A stretch of DNA of 33,289 nucleotides from a virus (Duplodnaviria > Caudoviricetes). How positions within the stretch are numbered: the stretch's first letter is position 1; the number at the start of each line of letters is the position of its first letter. Position numbers and translations under genes: made by a program. Location: positions 1 to 33,289 of IMG/VR virus record IMGVR_UViG_3300033067_001137. One strand, written 5' to 3'. Under the pieces are notes generated by a model. The model was not told the origin of the DNA, searched no databases, and worked only from the letters and a program-made list of their open reading frames with translations. Positions 17,552 through 25,721 of the stretch are shown piece by piece.

Positions 17552-18313
17552 CTAAAGACAGGCTTGCGCCCATAGTGTGTCGGCGGCGGCAGGCGCAAAT
17601 ATCGCCCTGCCCGCGCGGCGCGCACGGACGCGCACCGGGAATGCCACCGCCGTGTCCGACGGCGCCGTCCCGCCGAAGCCTGATAGGTTCGTCAGCGTCG
17701 CGCCGTTGCCGGAGAAGTCGGTCAGCGAGGTCGCGACATCCCAGAACGGGTAGTCACCGATCAGGTTGTCACGACGGCAGGCGTAGGTCTGGTAGCGCTC
17801 GTTTTCGAGTTCAGCCGCCGAGAGCGCTGCCGTCCACTGACGCACTGCGCCGATCTGGCCGCGTAAGTGCGACGATATGACGCCGCCGAGGATCAGCAGC
17901 GCGACGGGCCCATCGGTTCCGGTCTGCAGCGCAGTGGTCTGCGTAACCATTGCGGAGCCGTCGAGATAGCCCCATCCGCCCTCGACCTGTCCAGCGCCGG
18001 TCCCGCTGCACTTCAGATACCAGAAGAACAGTTCGCCGACAGCCGGGCGACTCGCAAAGGCAGTCCGGTTTGCAAAGCCGCCCGTCGTGTCCACTCGCAC
18101 GAACATCGAGTCCGTGCCGGACGCCCGCCACTCCAGCGCCGCCGAGAAATAGCTCGCAGAGTCTGAGAATGCGGCGATGAGTTGGGTAGCGGAACCGGCG
18201 TTGGCCTCGATACGCCCGAGGCCGCAGATCGTGCGAGCCTCGACATTGCCCGCGATGGCTGCACCGGAGCTGGCGCCAATGACGTCGGCGGTGCTGTCGA
18301 AGTAGACCGCCAC
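17552..18313 (-). CDS. LamG/concanavalin-A-like lectin domain protein (253 aa), paralogue of 15794-16489
   Basis: LRGQIGAVRQWTAALSAAEL and DFSGNGATL motifs; M-x-V-x-F-[DN] start shared with the paralogue. Confidence 0.8.
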   Translation of the reverse strand: MAVYFDSTADVIGASSGAAIAGNVEARTICGLGRIEANAGSATQLIAAFSDSASYFSAALEWRASGTDSMFVRVDTTGGFANRTAFASRPAVGELFFWYLKCSGTGAGQVEGGWGYLDGSAMVTQTTALQTGTDGPVALLILGGVISSHLRGQIGAVRQWTAALSAAELENERYQTYACRRDNLIGDYPFWDVATSLTDFSGNGATLTNLSGFGGTAPSDTAVAFPVRVRARRAGRAIFAPAAADTLWAQACL

Positions 18314-18316
18314 GGA

Positions 18317-18808
18317 TCAGGTCTCGCGGATTTCGACCGCGACGAGCTGCGCATCCCCCGTCATGTCGTCAGTGCCGCTCGTGCCATCCGCATCGCGCGA
18401 GATCCGCAGCCGGAACGCCTCGCCGGCTACAAGGCTGTCCATGTTCGCGCCAGAGGACATGCTGATCGAGGTCGTCGTGATGATGCCGCTCGTGGCGTTC
18501 GCCGTGCCGCCGGCGGTCTGCGCGGTCGCGAAGCTGTCCGAGTCCATGTCGGTGTTTAGCCGCTCCATCGCTGCCGACCAGCGGCAGGTGCCGCTCGTCG
18601 CGCTCGCCGCGATCCAGTGCAGCAGAATCGTCAGTCCGCCGCCCGAGTAGTGCTTCGGCAGCACTCCGCGAAAGTCCAGCGATTCGTCCGTCGCAGCGTC
18701 GAATGCCGCGAGGATGTGGTTGTTTCGCCGCACCCAAGCCGCGAACGCCGACGATGGCGGAGAGCCATCCTCGGCCGAGAAGACGAGCAGCGTGTTACCG
18801 GAGGCCAT
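18317..18808 (-). CDS. Putative virion beta-sandwich protein (163 aa)
   Basis: FDAATDE...LP..Y.GG.LT..LHW and FRLRISRDA...DDMTGDAQL patterns of the kind seen in phage fibre-associated domains; starts 1 bp after upstream stop. Confidence 0.65.
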   Translation of the reverse strand: MASGNTLLVFSAEDGSPPSSAFAAWVRRNNHILAAFDAATDESLDFRGVLPKHYSGGGLTILLHWIAASATSGTCRWSAAMERLNTDMDSDSFATAQTAGGTANATSGIITTTSISMSSGANMDSLVAGEAFRLRISRDADGTSGTDDMTGDAQLVAVEIRET

Positions 18809-20611
18809 TCAGCGCGCCCGCAGGTAATCCGACACCGACGGCGCCGAGCAGAACCCGCGCGCCGTGTTCGCGCACATTTCCGCACGGATGCGCGCCTCGT
18901 TCGGCCACGGTAAGAGCGCGCCCTGCGGCGCATTCACGCCAGCGTCGCCGTAGCGCGTGCCGTCAACGCCATACCGCTGCGGCAGGCGCCACACCGTAGC
19001 CGCCGTGCCGGCACTCGAGCACTGCGTCTGGTTGTAGGCGGATTGCCAGGTGCCCGAGACGTTGCAGCCGACCGGCGCCACGGCCGAGTTGACGGCATAG
19101 CGGCCGGTGCCGCCCACGGTCACGTTGGCGACGGTGCTGCCGCTGCCGCCGAGCTCTGGCGCCACGCGGATGCCGTCGCCGCCACGATTGAGCACCGTGA
19201 CGCCATCGACCGCATAGCGACCCTGGCGCGCGAAGTTGATGCCGCCTCCATTCCAGAACACGGAATCCACCACGCGCGCCGAGAGCACGCCCGCGATTAC
19301 GTTGTCCGGCTCGCAGTAGAGGCCCTGGTCCGGCGCATTGAGTGACACCACGCCGAGCCACTCGTTGCGGCCCCAGAGGTTCGCGCCGGTCGTGTGCTGC
19401 GCGCAGGCGAAGTCGGCATACGGGCTGTCGGTGCCTGCGAGCACGCGGTCGAGCACGAGCACGTTCTGGAAGCTGACATCGGCGCTGTCGTAGATCGTCA
19501 CGCCGACGTTGGGGTTGCCCGAACCCGAGCAGCCCGACGTGCCGCAGCCGTCGCCGCGCACGATCACGCGGCGCCAGACGTTGCGATCGCTCCGGTAGTT
19601 GATCGCGACCACCCGCTGCCCGGACGCCCACACCCACACGTCCTCGATCAGGTTGTCGGTGTTGCCCTGCGCGTGGTCGTTGGTGCCGACGCTCAGCGGC
19701 CCGTGGACGCCGACATTTTTCAGCGTCACCCGCTGCGTGTTGTAGAGCGTCGCGCCGCCTTCGATGCGCACGTCGCGAACGGTAATGTTGCTGTCCTTGC
19801 GGGCGCTGCGGCCGATGAACAGGCCGTTGATGACCGCGCCGCCCGGGTTCTGCGCCTGGACTGTCGAGCCTGAGAGGATGCGCCGAGGCTCCGCGCTGCC
19901 GTTCCAGCCGATGCCGGGATAAGTGCCGTCCTTCAGGACGACGACGCCGACGACGCCGAGCGCGGTATCGAGCGAACACGGGGCCGCGTCGGTGCAAGCC
20001 GTGCCGCTCCCTGCGGGCGACGCATAGCGCGCACCCGCGACCGGCGGCGGCGGGTCAACCGGGGGCGGCGGTGGGGGTGGGTCAATCGGCGGAGGCGGAG
20101 GCGGGGGCGGTGCAGCGGCGATGGTCACATCCACCGACGCACTCACGCCGTCGCACGTCACCGTGGCCGTCAGCGGCTGCGACACCGGCGCACTCACGCT
20201 GCCCGAGGTCGGCACCGCCTGAGACTGGCCGAGCGCCGAGAGCGTGCAGGCGGCAGCCCCGGTGCTCGTCCACGCCAGCGACGTACTCGCGCCGGCAGCG
20301 GCCACCGGGTTCGGGGTCGCCGTTACCGACACGGTGGCAGCCGGAGGCGGCGGGGGCGGCGGAGGGTCGACCGTCACGGTAACGGCCACGCCGGTTGACG
20401 TGCGGCAGGTATAGGACCGCGCGACGTTCAGCGCCTTTGCCGCAGCCACGCACGCATCCTGCGAAGCGTGCCGGCTGAGGATCGTCGAGCTGCGATACAG
20501 CGCCCAGTCTCCGGGGGTGACCGTCGCAGTCGTCGCAGCCAAAGCGTGCGGCGCCGCGAGCAGCCACAGCAGGCCGAGGAACCACCAAGGAGCGAGTTTC
20601 GCGCGCATCAT
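18809..20611 (-). CDS. Signal-peptide protein with Ig-like domain, polyproline linkers and right-handed beta-helix (pectin-lyase-like) domain (600 aa)
   Basis: ATGA-coupled start at 20611; MMRAKLAPWWFLGLLWLLAAPHALA signal with A-x-A site; YASPAGSGTACT...PCSL...VVVLKDGTY beta-helix cap; repeated N-x-x-I/V-x-D/N-V rungs. Confidence 0.8.
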   Translation of the reverse strand: MMRAKLAPWWFLGLLWLLAAPHALAATTATVTPGDWALYRSSTILSRHASQDACVAAAKALNVARSYTCRTSTGVAVTVTVDPPPPPPPPAATVSVTATPNPVAAAGASTSLAWTSTGAAACTLSALGQSQAVPTSGSVSAPVSQPLTATVTCDGVSASVDVTIAAAPPPPPPPPIDPPPPPPPVDPPPPVAGARYASPAGSGTACTDAAPCSLDTALGVVGVVVLKDGTYPGIGWNGSAEPRRILSGSTVQAQNPGGAVINGLFIGRSARKDSNITVRDVRIEGGATLYNTQRVTLKNVGVHGPLSVGTNDHAQGNTDNLIEDVWVWASGQRVVAINYRSDRNVWRRVIVRGDGCGTSGCSGSGNPNVGVTIYDSADVSFQNVLVLDRVLAGTDSPYADFACAQHTTGANLWGRNEWLGVVSLNAPDQGLYCEPDNVIAGVLSARVVDSVFWNGGGINFARQGRYAVDGVTVLNRGGDGIRVAPELGGSGSTVANVTVGGTGRYAVNSAVAPVGCNVSGTWQSAYNQTQCSSAGTAATVWRLPQRYGVDGTRYGDAGVNAPQGALLPWPNEARIRAEMCANTARGFCSAPSVSDYLRAR

Positions 20612-20889
20612 GCCTCCAACCTTGAAACAGCCGCTGCGATGGCCTTTCGTTCCGCAGTGCGAATATAGGTCACGCCCATGACGGAGCGCATGTGAATCGT
20701 CTTGGCCGCGTCGTACAGCGCCACCAAATCCGGCGAGGCGTTCACGAGCGTCGTCACGAGCGCAGCATCGGTCGCGTCCGTCACGTCGGCAATCGTTCGA
20801 GCGCCCGCAGGGCGCTGCGCCGCGAATCGCCACGGCAGCCTGCTCGAGAGTCCGGCGAGCGCCCCCTTGATGGATGCGATCGCGCTCAC
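20608..20889 (-). CDS. Hypothetical protein (93 aa)
   Basis: GTGA/ATGA overlaps with both neighbours. Confidence 0.65.
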   Translation of the reverse strand: MSAIASIKGALAGLSSRLPWRFAAQRPAGARTIADVTDATDAALVTTLVNASPDLVALYDAAKTIHMRSVMGVTYIRTAERKAIAAAVSRLEA

Positions 20890-23309
20890 TGGATCGTCTG
20901 CGGCGCGTCGCCGCCCTCGTCCACGATTTCTTCCATGACCTGAGCGATCTTGCCGTCCTTGCCGCGGATCGGCGTCTTGCGGCGCGGCGCGCGAACCGAC
21001 TTCAGCAGCGCGCCCATCTGCTCGCCCTGCTGCGCGACGACCTGCGTCAGCTGCTGGATCACCTGCATGATCCCGTCGATCTTCTCGTTCTGCATGCTGT
21101 CCTCGGCCTCCATCGGCTCGGGCGCCTCAACCGCAGCGCCCTGCGGCGCAGGCGCCCCGCTCGAGGCCGCGCCGCCACCCGTCGCCCTCGCCTTGGCGTC
21201 GCGCACCTTGCCATCGGCCGCGGCGAGCTTCTGCTTCGTCGCGATCTCGCCGATCGCCTGCTTCTTCTGGCCGTCGATCTGCTGCTGCGCGAGCTTCTGC
21301 TTCTCGGCGAGGCGGTTTTCGCGCGTCTGGACCGACAGTTCGCGGATGTCGAGGTCGGCCTTGCGCTTCAAGTCCTCGTTGATGCGCTTCGCCTGTTCCA
21401 GCTGCTCTTGCAGGCTCTTGACCTGCTTGTCGAACTCGAGCTTGTCGGCGGCGCGCTGCACTTCGGCCTTCTGCGCCTTGCCCTCGGCCGCCGCGGCGGC
21501 GCCACCATCGCCCTGGCCTTCCTCGGCGGGCGGCTTCGGCGGCATCATCTGCCGCAGGTACTGCTCGATCTCGCTGCCGAACCGGAACCGGCGCGAGATG
21601 GCGAGCATCATCGACTGCGCGACCTCGAACGGCATGCTGCCGCGCTCAACGAGCGGCGCGACCGACTGCAGGAACTGGCCGAGGGCCGTCATCAGTTCGG
21701 TGACGTTCTTCTGGTCCTCGACCGCCTCGGGCTCAACGGTCGAATTGGTCTCGATGTCGACCTTGAACGATCGCTGGATGTCGTTCTTGAGTGTGCCGAG
21801 CACGGCTTCCCAGGTCACAGTCTCCTTCGACTGCTCGACCATCTGCTTGTACTGCTGCGCGGCCTGCTGGTCGCCGCGCATCGCGGCCTGCTTGACCTGC
21901 GCGGCGGTCGCGACCAGTTGCTGCGCCTGCTGCTGCGTGAGATACGGCAGGCCGGTCATTTCGGCCCACTGATCTTCCGTCAGGTGCTTGGCCGCGATCT
22001 CAAGCATGATGCGCAGCAGGTCGCGCGCGTACCGCTGCACTTCCGCCTGCTTTGGCTTCAGGCGCAGCGACCCCCACTGGTTCTTGATTTGCTGCGCGCC
22101 GAGCGTTTCCGACGCCTTCGACGTGCCGCGCAGGATGTCCGAGATGCCGATGATCTCGTAGATCACCTGCTTCGTCTGCTCGCGAGAGACGTACAACTGC
22201 TGCAGCGTTTTCTGCAGCACGTCGAGCGGCATGAACCAGATGGCGGCGTTCAGGCCCTTCTCGGCAATGGCCCCAAGTTCCTTGCCCGCCGGGATGAGCT
22301 CGTTCTCCTCGGCCTCCATCAGATTCTGGAGGTCGCCGTCCATGGTGCTGTCGTAGATACCGCGCGCCTTCATCGCGTCGACGAGCTTGTTGATGCGCGT
22401 CGTAATGCGATTCAACTCGCGCGCCTGGTTCTCGTACAGCGTGTACATCGAGGTCGGCACGAGGTCGTCCGTTTTCTCGATGAACTGCAGCGGCTTCGGC
22501 GTCGGATAAAACCCCGTGAGCCCGAGCGTGTCGTCCTCCTCCTTGAGATACCCCCACGGGTAGTCGGACGACACGTAGCGGACCTTGCGCCCGCCAGCCT
22601 TGTCCCAAATCTGATACACGCGCGCGAGCTTCATCTCGCCGAGCGACTTCTCGTCGGCGTTCTTCTTCGACCCGTGCTCGTTCTCGGCGTCCTCGCTGTC
22701 GGTGGAGTACCGCATCTTGGCGGCCTTCTCCTTGCCGAACAGCGCCGTCGCCTCCTCCTTGTCGACGTCGATCTCAAACGCGAGCCACGGCACCTTCGAC
22801 CACTTGCGCGCGTAGCCGAAATACACCCGGTTCCAGGACTTCGACTCGAGGCAGATCAGCTGCGACTTCAGCACGTCGCCCTTGGCCTCGTAGTCGTACT
22901 TCACTGTCGCGACGCCGCGCCCCGGCAGCAGCGCATCCATCACGGCGGCCTTCATGCCGTCGTGGAACGTCTCGTAGCCGTCGACGTTGGTGTCCAACTG
23001 GAACTCAAGCATGCGCTGGCCGGCTTGCGCCGCGGCGAACGCCGCCTGATTGTCGTCCTTGAAGCGACGCTGCACGACCGGGCGCGGCACCGCGGAATAG
23101 AGCGACGGAAAAATCGTCTCAACATTTGAGTACAAAATGTTGAAAGGTGTGGTTTCGGATTTGGTTCCGTCGTAAATTTCACGGACCCGCACGCCCTGCT
23201 TGCGATAGTCCTTCTCGCGACGCTTCGCGGCTTCGATCTCCGACAGCCAGAACCGCACCTTCTGGCTGCGCGAGCCGGTCTCCTCGCTGCTGGACTCGTC
23301 GCGGGCCAC
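20886..23309 (-). CDS. Portal protein with long C-terminal coiled coil (807 aa)
   Basis: Follows terminase; FNILYSNVET, LLPGRGV, YEIIGISDILRG, FKVDIETNST motifs of P22-like podophage portals. Confidence 0.92.
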   Translation of the reverse strand: MARDESSSEETGSRSQKVRFWLSEIEAAKRREKDYRKQGVRVREIYDGTKSETTPFNILYSNVETIFPSLYSAVPRPVVQRRFKDDNQAAFAAAQAGQRMLEFQLDTNVDGYETFHDGMKAAVMDALLPGRGVATVKYDYEAKGDVLKSQLICLESKSWNRVYFGYARKWSKVPWLAFEIDVDKEEATALFGKEKAAKMRYSTDSEDAENEHGSKKNADEKSLGEMKLARVYQIWDKAGGRKVRYVSSDYPWGYLKEEDDTLGLTGFYPTPKPLQFIEKTDDLVPTSMYTLYENQARELNRITTRINKLVDAMKARGIYDSTMDGDLQNLMEAEENELIPAGKELGAIAEKGLNAAIWFMPLDVLQKTLQQLYVSREQTKQVIYEIIGISDILRGTSKASETLGAQQIKNQWGSLRLKPKQAEVQRYARDLLRIMLEIAAKHLTEDQWAEMTGLPYLTQQQAQQLVATAAQVKQAAMRGDQQAAQQYKQMVEQSKETVTWEAVLGTLKNDIQRSFKVDIETNSTVEPEAVEDQKNVTELMTALGQFLQSVAPLVERGSMPFEVAQSMMLAISRRFRFGSEIEQYLRQMMPPKPPAEEGQGDGGAAAAAEGKAQKAEVQRAADKLEFDKQVKSLQEQLEQAKRINEDLKRKADLDIRELSVQTRENRLAEKQKLAQQQIDGQKKQAIGEIATKQKLAAADGKVRDAKARATGGGAASSGAPAPQGAAVEAPEPMEAEDSMQNEKIDGIMQVIQQLTQVVAQQGEQMGALLKSVRAPRRKTPIRGKDGKIAQVMEEIVDEGGDAPQTIQ
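23119..23143. repeat. Perfect 9-bp inverted repeat TCAACATTT-N7-AAATGTTGA in an AT-rich patch within the portal gene
   Basis: Read directly; local AT-rich codons in an otherwise GC-rich gene. Confidence 0.7.
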
Positions 23310-23315
23310 TCAGCG

Positions 23316-23594
23316 TCAGCCCTTGACGAAAAACGTCACGTCGATCGTGCCGCCAAGCGTCGCGTGTACGCCGTTCTCGCACGCCGCCGGGAACGCATGC
23401 CAGCCGATCGCTGGCGTGATCATGCCGCTGATCGCCGTGCCGCTTGAGCTCCCGTTCCGCAGCACGATCGTGCCCGCCGTGGTGCTGTTGACGTAGAACC
23501 CCACGAGGTTCGCCGCGCGCCCAGCCGACGACACCTGGCCCGTCGCCGTCAGATTCACCGGCCGACCGTGCAGCCCGTACTCCGATGCACTCAT
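23316..23594 (-). CDS. Small beta-rich putative structural protein (92 aa)
   Basis: Fills the TerL-portal gap; GGGAGAG RBS; Gly/Thr/Ser-rich beta composition. Confidence 0.7.
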   Translation of the reverse strand: MSASEYGLHGRPVNLTATGQVSSAGRAANLVGFYVNSTTAGTIVLRNGSSSGTAISGMITPAIGWHAFPAACENGVHATLGGTIDVTFFVKG

Positions 23595-23597
23595 GCG

Positions 23598-25076
23598 TCA
23601 ACTCTCCCGCCCGAACATGGGGTTCCGCGCCGCGCGCTTCCTTCGCAGGTGCTGGTCGCGCAGCGCCGCGAACGACGCCCCCGCCCCCAACGTCAGCGCA
23701 CCCCTACGCGAACGATCCGCGACCTCCGACACCGCGACACTACCGCCGTCCTCTTGACTCTGCAACTTCGCCGCCTTCCAGCATAGCGCGAGTGTCATGA
23801 ACGCATCCGCGGCGTGGGATGACTTGTCGTGGACCGGAGTAGTGGAAAACACCTGCTTCTCCTCGTCCCATTCCCGGTGATACGACACCAGCGACTCCAC
23901 GCCATCGGCGCACCACGTCGAGTCGATCATCGCCACCTTGAGCGTCGCGCGCGCAGCTTGAATCTGCTCCTGCTTGTCTAGCCGAGGCGCAATGACAAAC
24001 TTGCCGAGCCGCTTGCCCATCCGCGCGTTTTCTTCCATGAACTGCTGCAGGATGCTTCGCGGCGACGCCAACGTCCTCGGGCGCGCGTCGTGCGGAAGAT
24101 AGTTGGTCCCATACCGGAACCCACGCTCCTTGCGCTTGCGATCGAGCACTTCAACGTAGTACGGCACGTCCTTCGACGACGAGGCGTGAAAATCAATTAC
24201 CCGCACGCCGCCCGCAAACAACTGGAACCACCAAATCACCGTGTCGTCCGTGCGGCCCAAGTCCCAGGCCGTGTACACGACATCCGTCGCATCATGCTCA
24301 ACCTCGCGCAATCTCTGCTGAAACCGCATCTCCTCGATACAGTCTCCAAAAATCGACCCTGGAATCGCTGCGTCGAAGCTGCATTCGTACTCCTGCAGCC
24401 ACAACGCGCGACCAAAACTCTCCCCGTGCATCCCCTGCAGCCGCCCCAACTCACTGCCCAGCAACTGCGCGTCCAAAGCACCCGTCTGCGACGCCGGTGA
24501 CAACTCCGCGTACCAGTCCTCGCCGCGCGCACGCGCCGCTACCGCGTAGTCGTACATCGCCTTCGCATGGTTCTTCCCGCGCGGCGTCGTGATGAACAAC
24601 TGCCAGCCGCCGTTCTCCATCAAAATCGGCGCGAAATACCCGTGCGCTGCCGGGTCGGCCAACGCATATTCCGAATGGATCATCCCCGCAAACGACGTGC
24701 CCATCAGCGCGTTATAGTTGTCACTCCCCGCCAACTGCCAAGTGCTGCCGTTCTTGAACCGGATGAACATTTCGTTCTCTCGCCGGTCCTGAATCAACTC
24801 GTCCGGAAACGACTCGTCTATGCGCCGCTTCCCCGTGTGCGGATTCACCATCTCCCACAACGCCTTTCGCGCCTGGGCATACTGCGGTAAGAAATGAACG
24901 TAGCTCGCCACCCTCTGATGCGCCGCTACCGCCGTCCAGTTCAGCGCCACGTCGTCCTTGCCCCACCGACGATGCGCTATCTCGATCGCATTGCGACCCC
25001 CTGACGCCAAATACTCCCACAGCTTCCACTGGTACTTGCGCGGCGCCCACTGGTACGGCAGTTCAATCGATGACAA
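23598..25076 (-). CDS. terL: Terminase large subunit (492 aa)
   Basis: Walker A-like HRRWGKD, Walker B region GMIHSEY, FITTPRGKN, nuclease AWDLGRTDDT, YLPHDA, SHAADAF; TTG start after GGAAGGGG. Confidence 0.95.
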   Translation of the reverse strand: MSSIELPYQWAPRKYQWKLWEYLASGGRNAIEIAHRRWGKDDVALNWTAVAAHQRVASYVHFLPQYAQARKALWEMVNPHTGKRRIDESFPDELIQDRRENEMFIRFKNGSTWQLAGSDNYNALMGTSFAGMIHSEYALADPAAHGYFAPILMENGGWQLFITTPRGKNHAKAMYDYAVAARARGEDWYAELSPASQTGALDAQLLGSELGRLQGMHGESFGRALWLQEYECSFDAAIPGSIFGDCIEEMRFQQRLREVEHDATDVVYTAWDLGRTDDTVIWWFQLFAGGVRVIDFHASSSKDVPYYVEVLDRKRKERGFRYGTNYLPHDARPRTLASPRSILQQFMEENARMGKRLGKFVIAPRLDKQEQIQAARATLKVAMIDSTWCADGVESLVSYHREWDEEKQVFSTTPVHDKSSHAADAFMTLALCWKAAKLQSQEDGGSVAVSEVADRSRRGALTLGAGASFAALRDQHLRRKRAARNPMFGRES

Positions 25077-25599
25077 ATCGGTTCCCCTTCCGCGCGTTCG
25101 CGCGCCGCTCGAGAATCTGCAGGTTCTCCGCTACGTGAAGCCCACTTACTAACCGACCGCGCAGCGGAATCACGTGGTCAACGTCATACCCAATCCCCGT
25201 CTCCGACCGCATCCGCGCCGCCGCCTCATACACCGCCTCAATCGCACGCATATCAGCCCACTTCGGCGTGCGCCGCAACTTGTCCGCTGTCCGCTTCGCT
25301 ATCAGCGCATTCACTTTCTCCGGATTCTCACGCATCCATCGCAGCGTCTTGCCGCGATACTTTTCCGGATCGCGCCAGTAGTACGCCCTATCCAACTCCT
25401 GCGCGCGACCAGGGTTCCGCGCACGCCATTCCGCTGTCCGCTTCGTGCGCCGCGCCCGCTTCGCAGGGTCTCTCAAATCCCGCCGTTGCCACTCCGCTCG
25501 ACACACTACGCAGTGCGACGTGCTCGCATACCTCAACGTCCCGTGACCATGAAGGCACGGCTTCCCGTGATACGTCTTTCCGCGATGTTTGCTGTCCAT
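25063..25599 (-). CDS. HNH endonuclease, free-standing homing type (178 aa)
   Basis: TYHGKPCLHGH...CVVC N-terminus; RTPKWAD; VDHVIPLRGRLVSGLHVAENLQIL...N..KGN. Confidence 0.93.
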   Translation of the reverse strand: MDSKHRGKTYHGKPCLHGHGTLRYASTSHCVVCRAEWQRRDLRDPAKRARRTKRTAEWRARNPGRAQELDRAYYWRDPEKYRGKTLRWMRENPEKVNALIAKRTADKLRRTPKWADMRAIEAVYEAAARMRSETGIGYDVDHVIPLRGRLVSGLHVAENLQILERRANARKGNRFVID

Positions 25600-25605
25600 A
25601 CACGC

Positions 25606-25634
25606 AGCATAATTGCTAAGAACGTGTATGTACA
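25606..25634 (-). promoter_or_regulatory. Candidate sigma70-like promoter (TGTACA-17 bp-TATGCT) giving a leaderless HNH transcript
   Basis: -35 at 25629-25634, -10 at 25606-25611, ATG 6 nt downstream with no Shine-Dalgarno. Confidence 0.45.
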
Positions 25635-25721
25635 TCTCTCTGTTCGGTTTTTACTCTCCGCTAATTTTGAATTATGGGACCCGCGCGTGTGTGGCCGTAC
25701 GCGTCGGGTTCCCTGCCCGGC

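Noticed and set aside
20040-20365. G-rich GGC/GGG runs as possible G-quadruplex or DNA repeat element
   Set aside because: Fully explained by polyproline linker codons on the minus strand
20612-20833. N-terminal 74 aa of the 674-aa ORF-track protein
   Set aside because: Overlaps the 93-aa gene; the coupled ATG at 20611 gives a clean signal peptide
20874-23129. 751-aa plus-strand ORF
   Set aside because: Antisense shadow of the portal gene; Leu/Arg-rich, expected from high-GC codon bias
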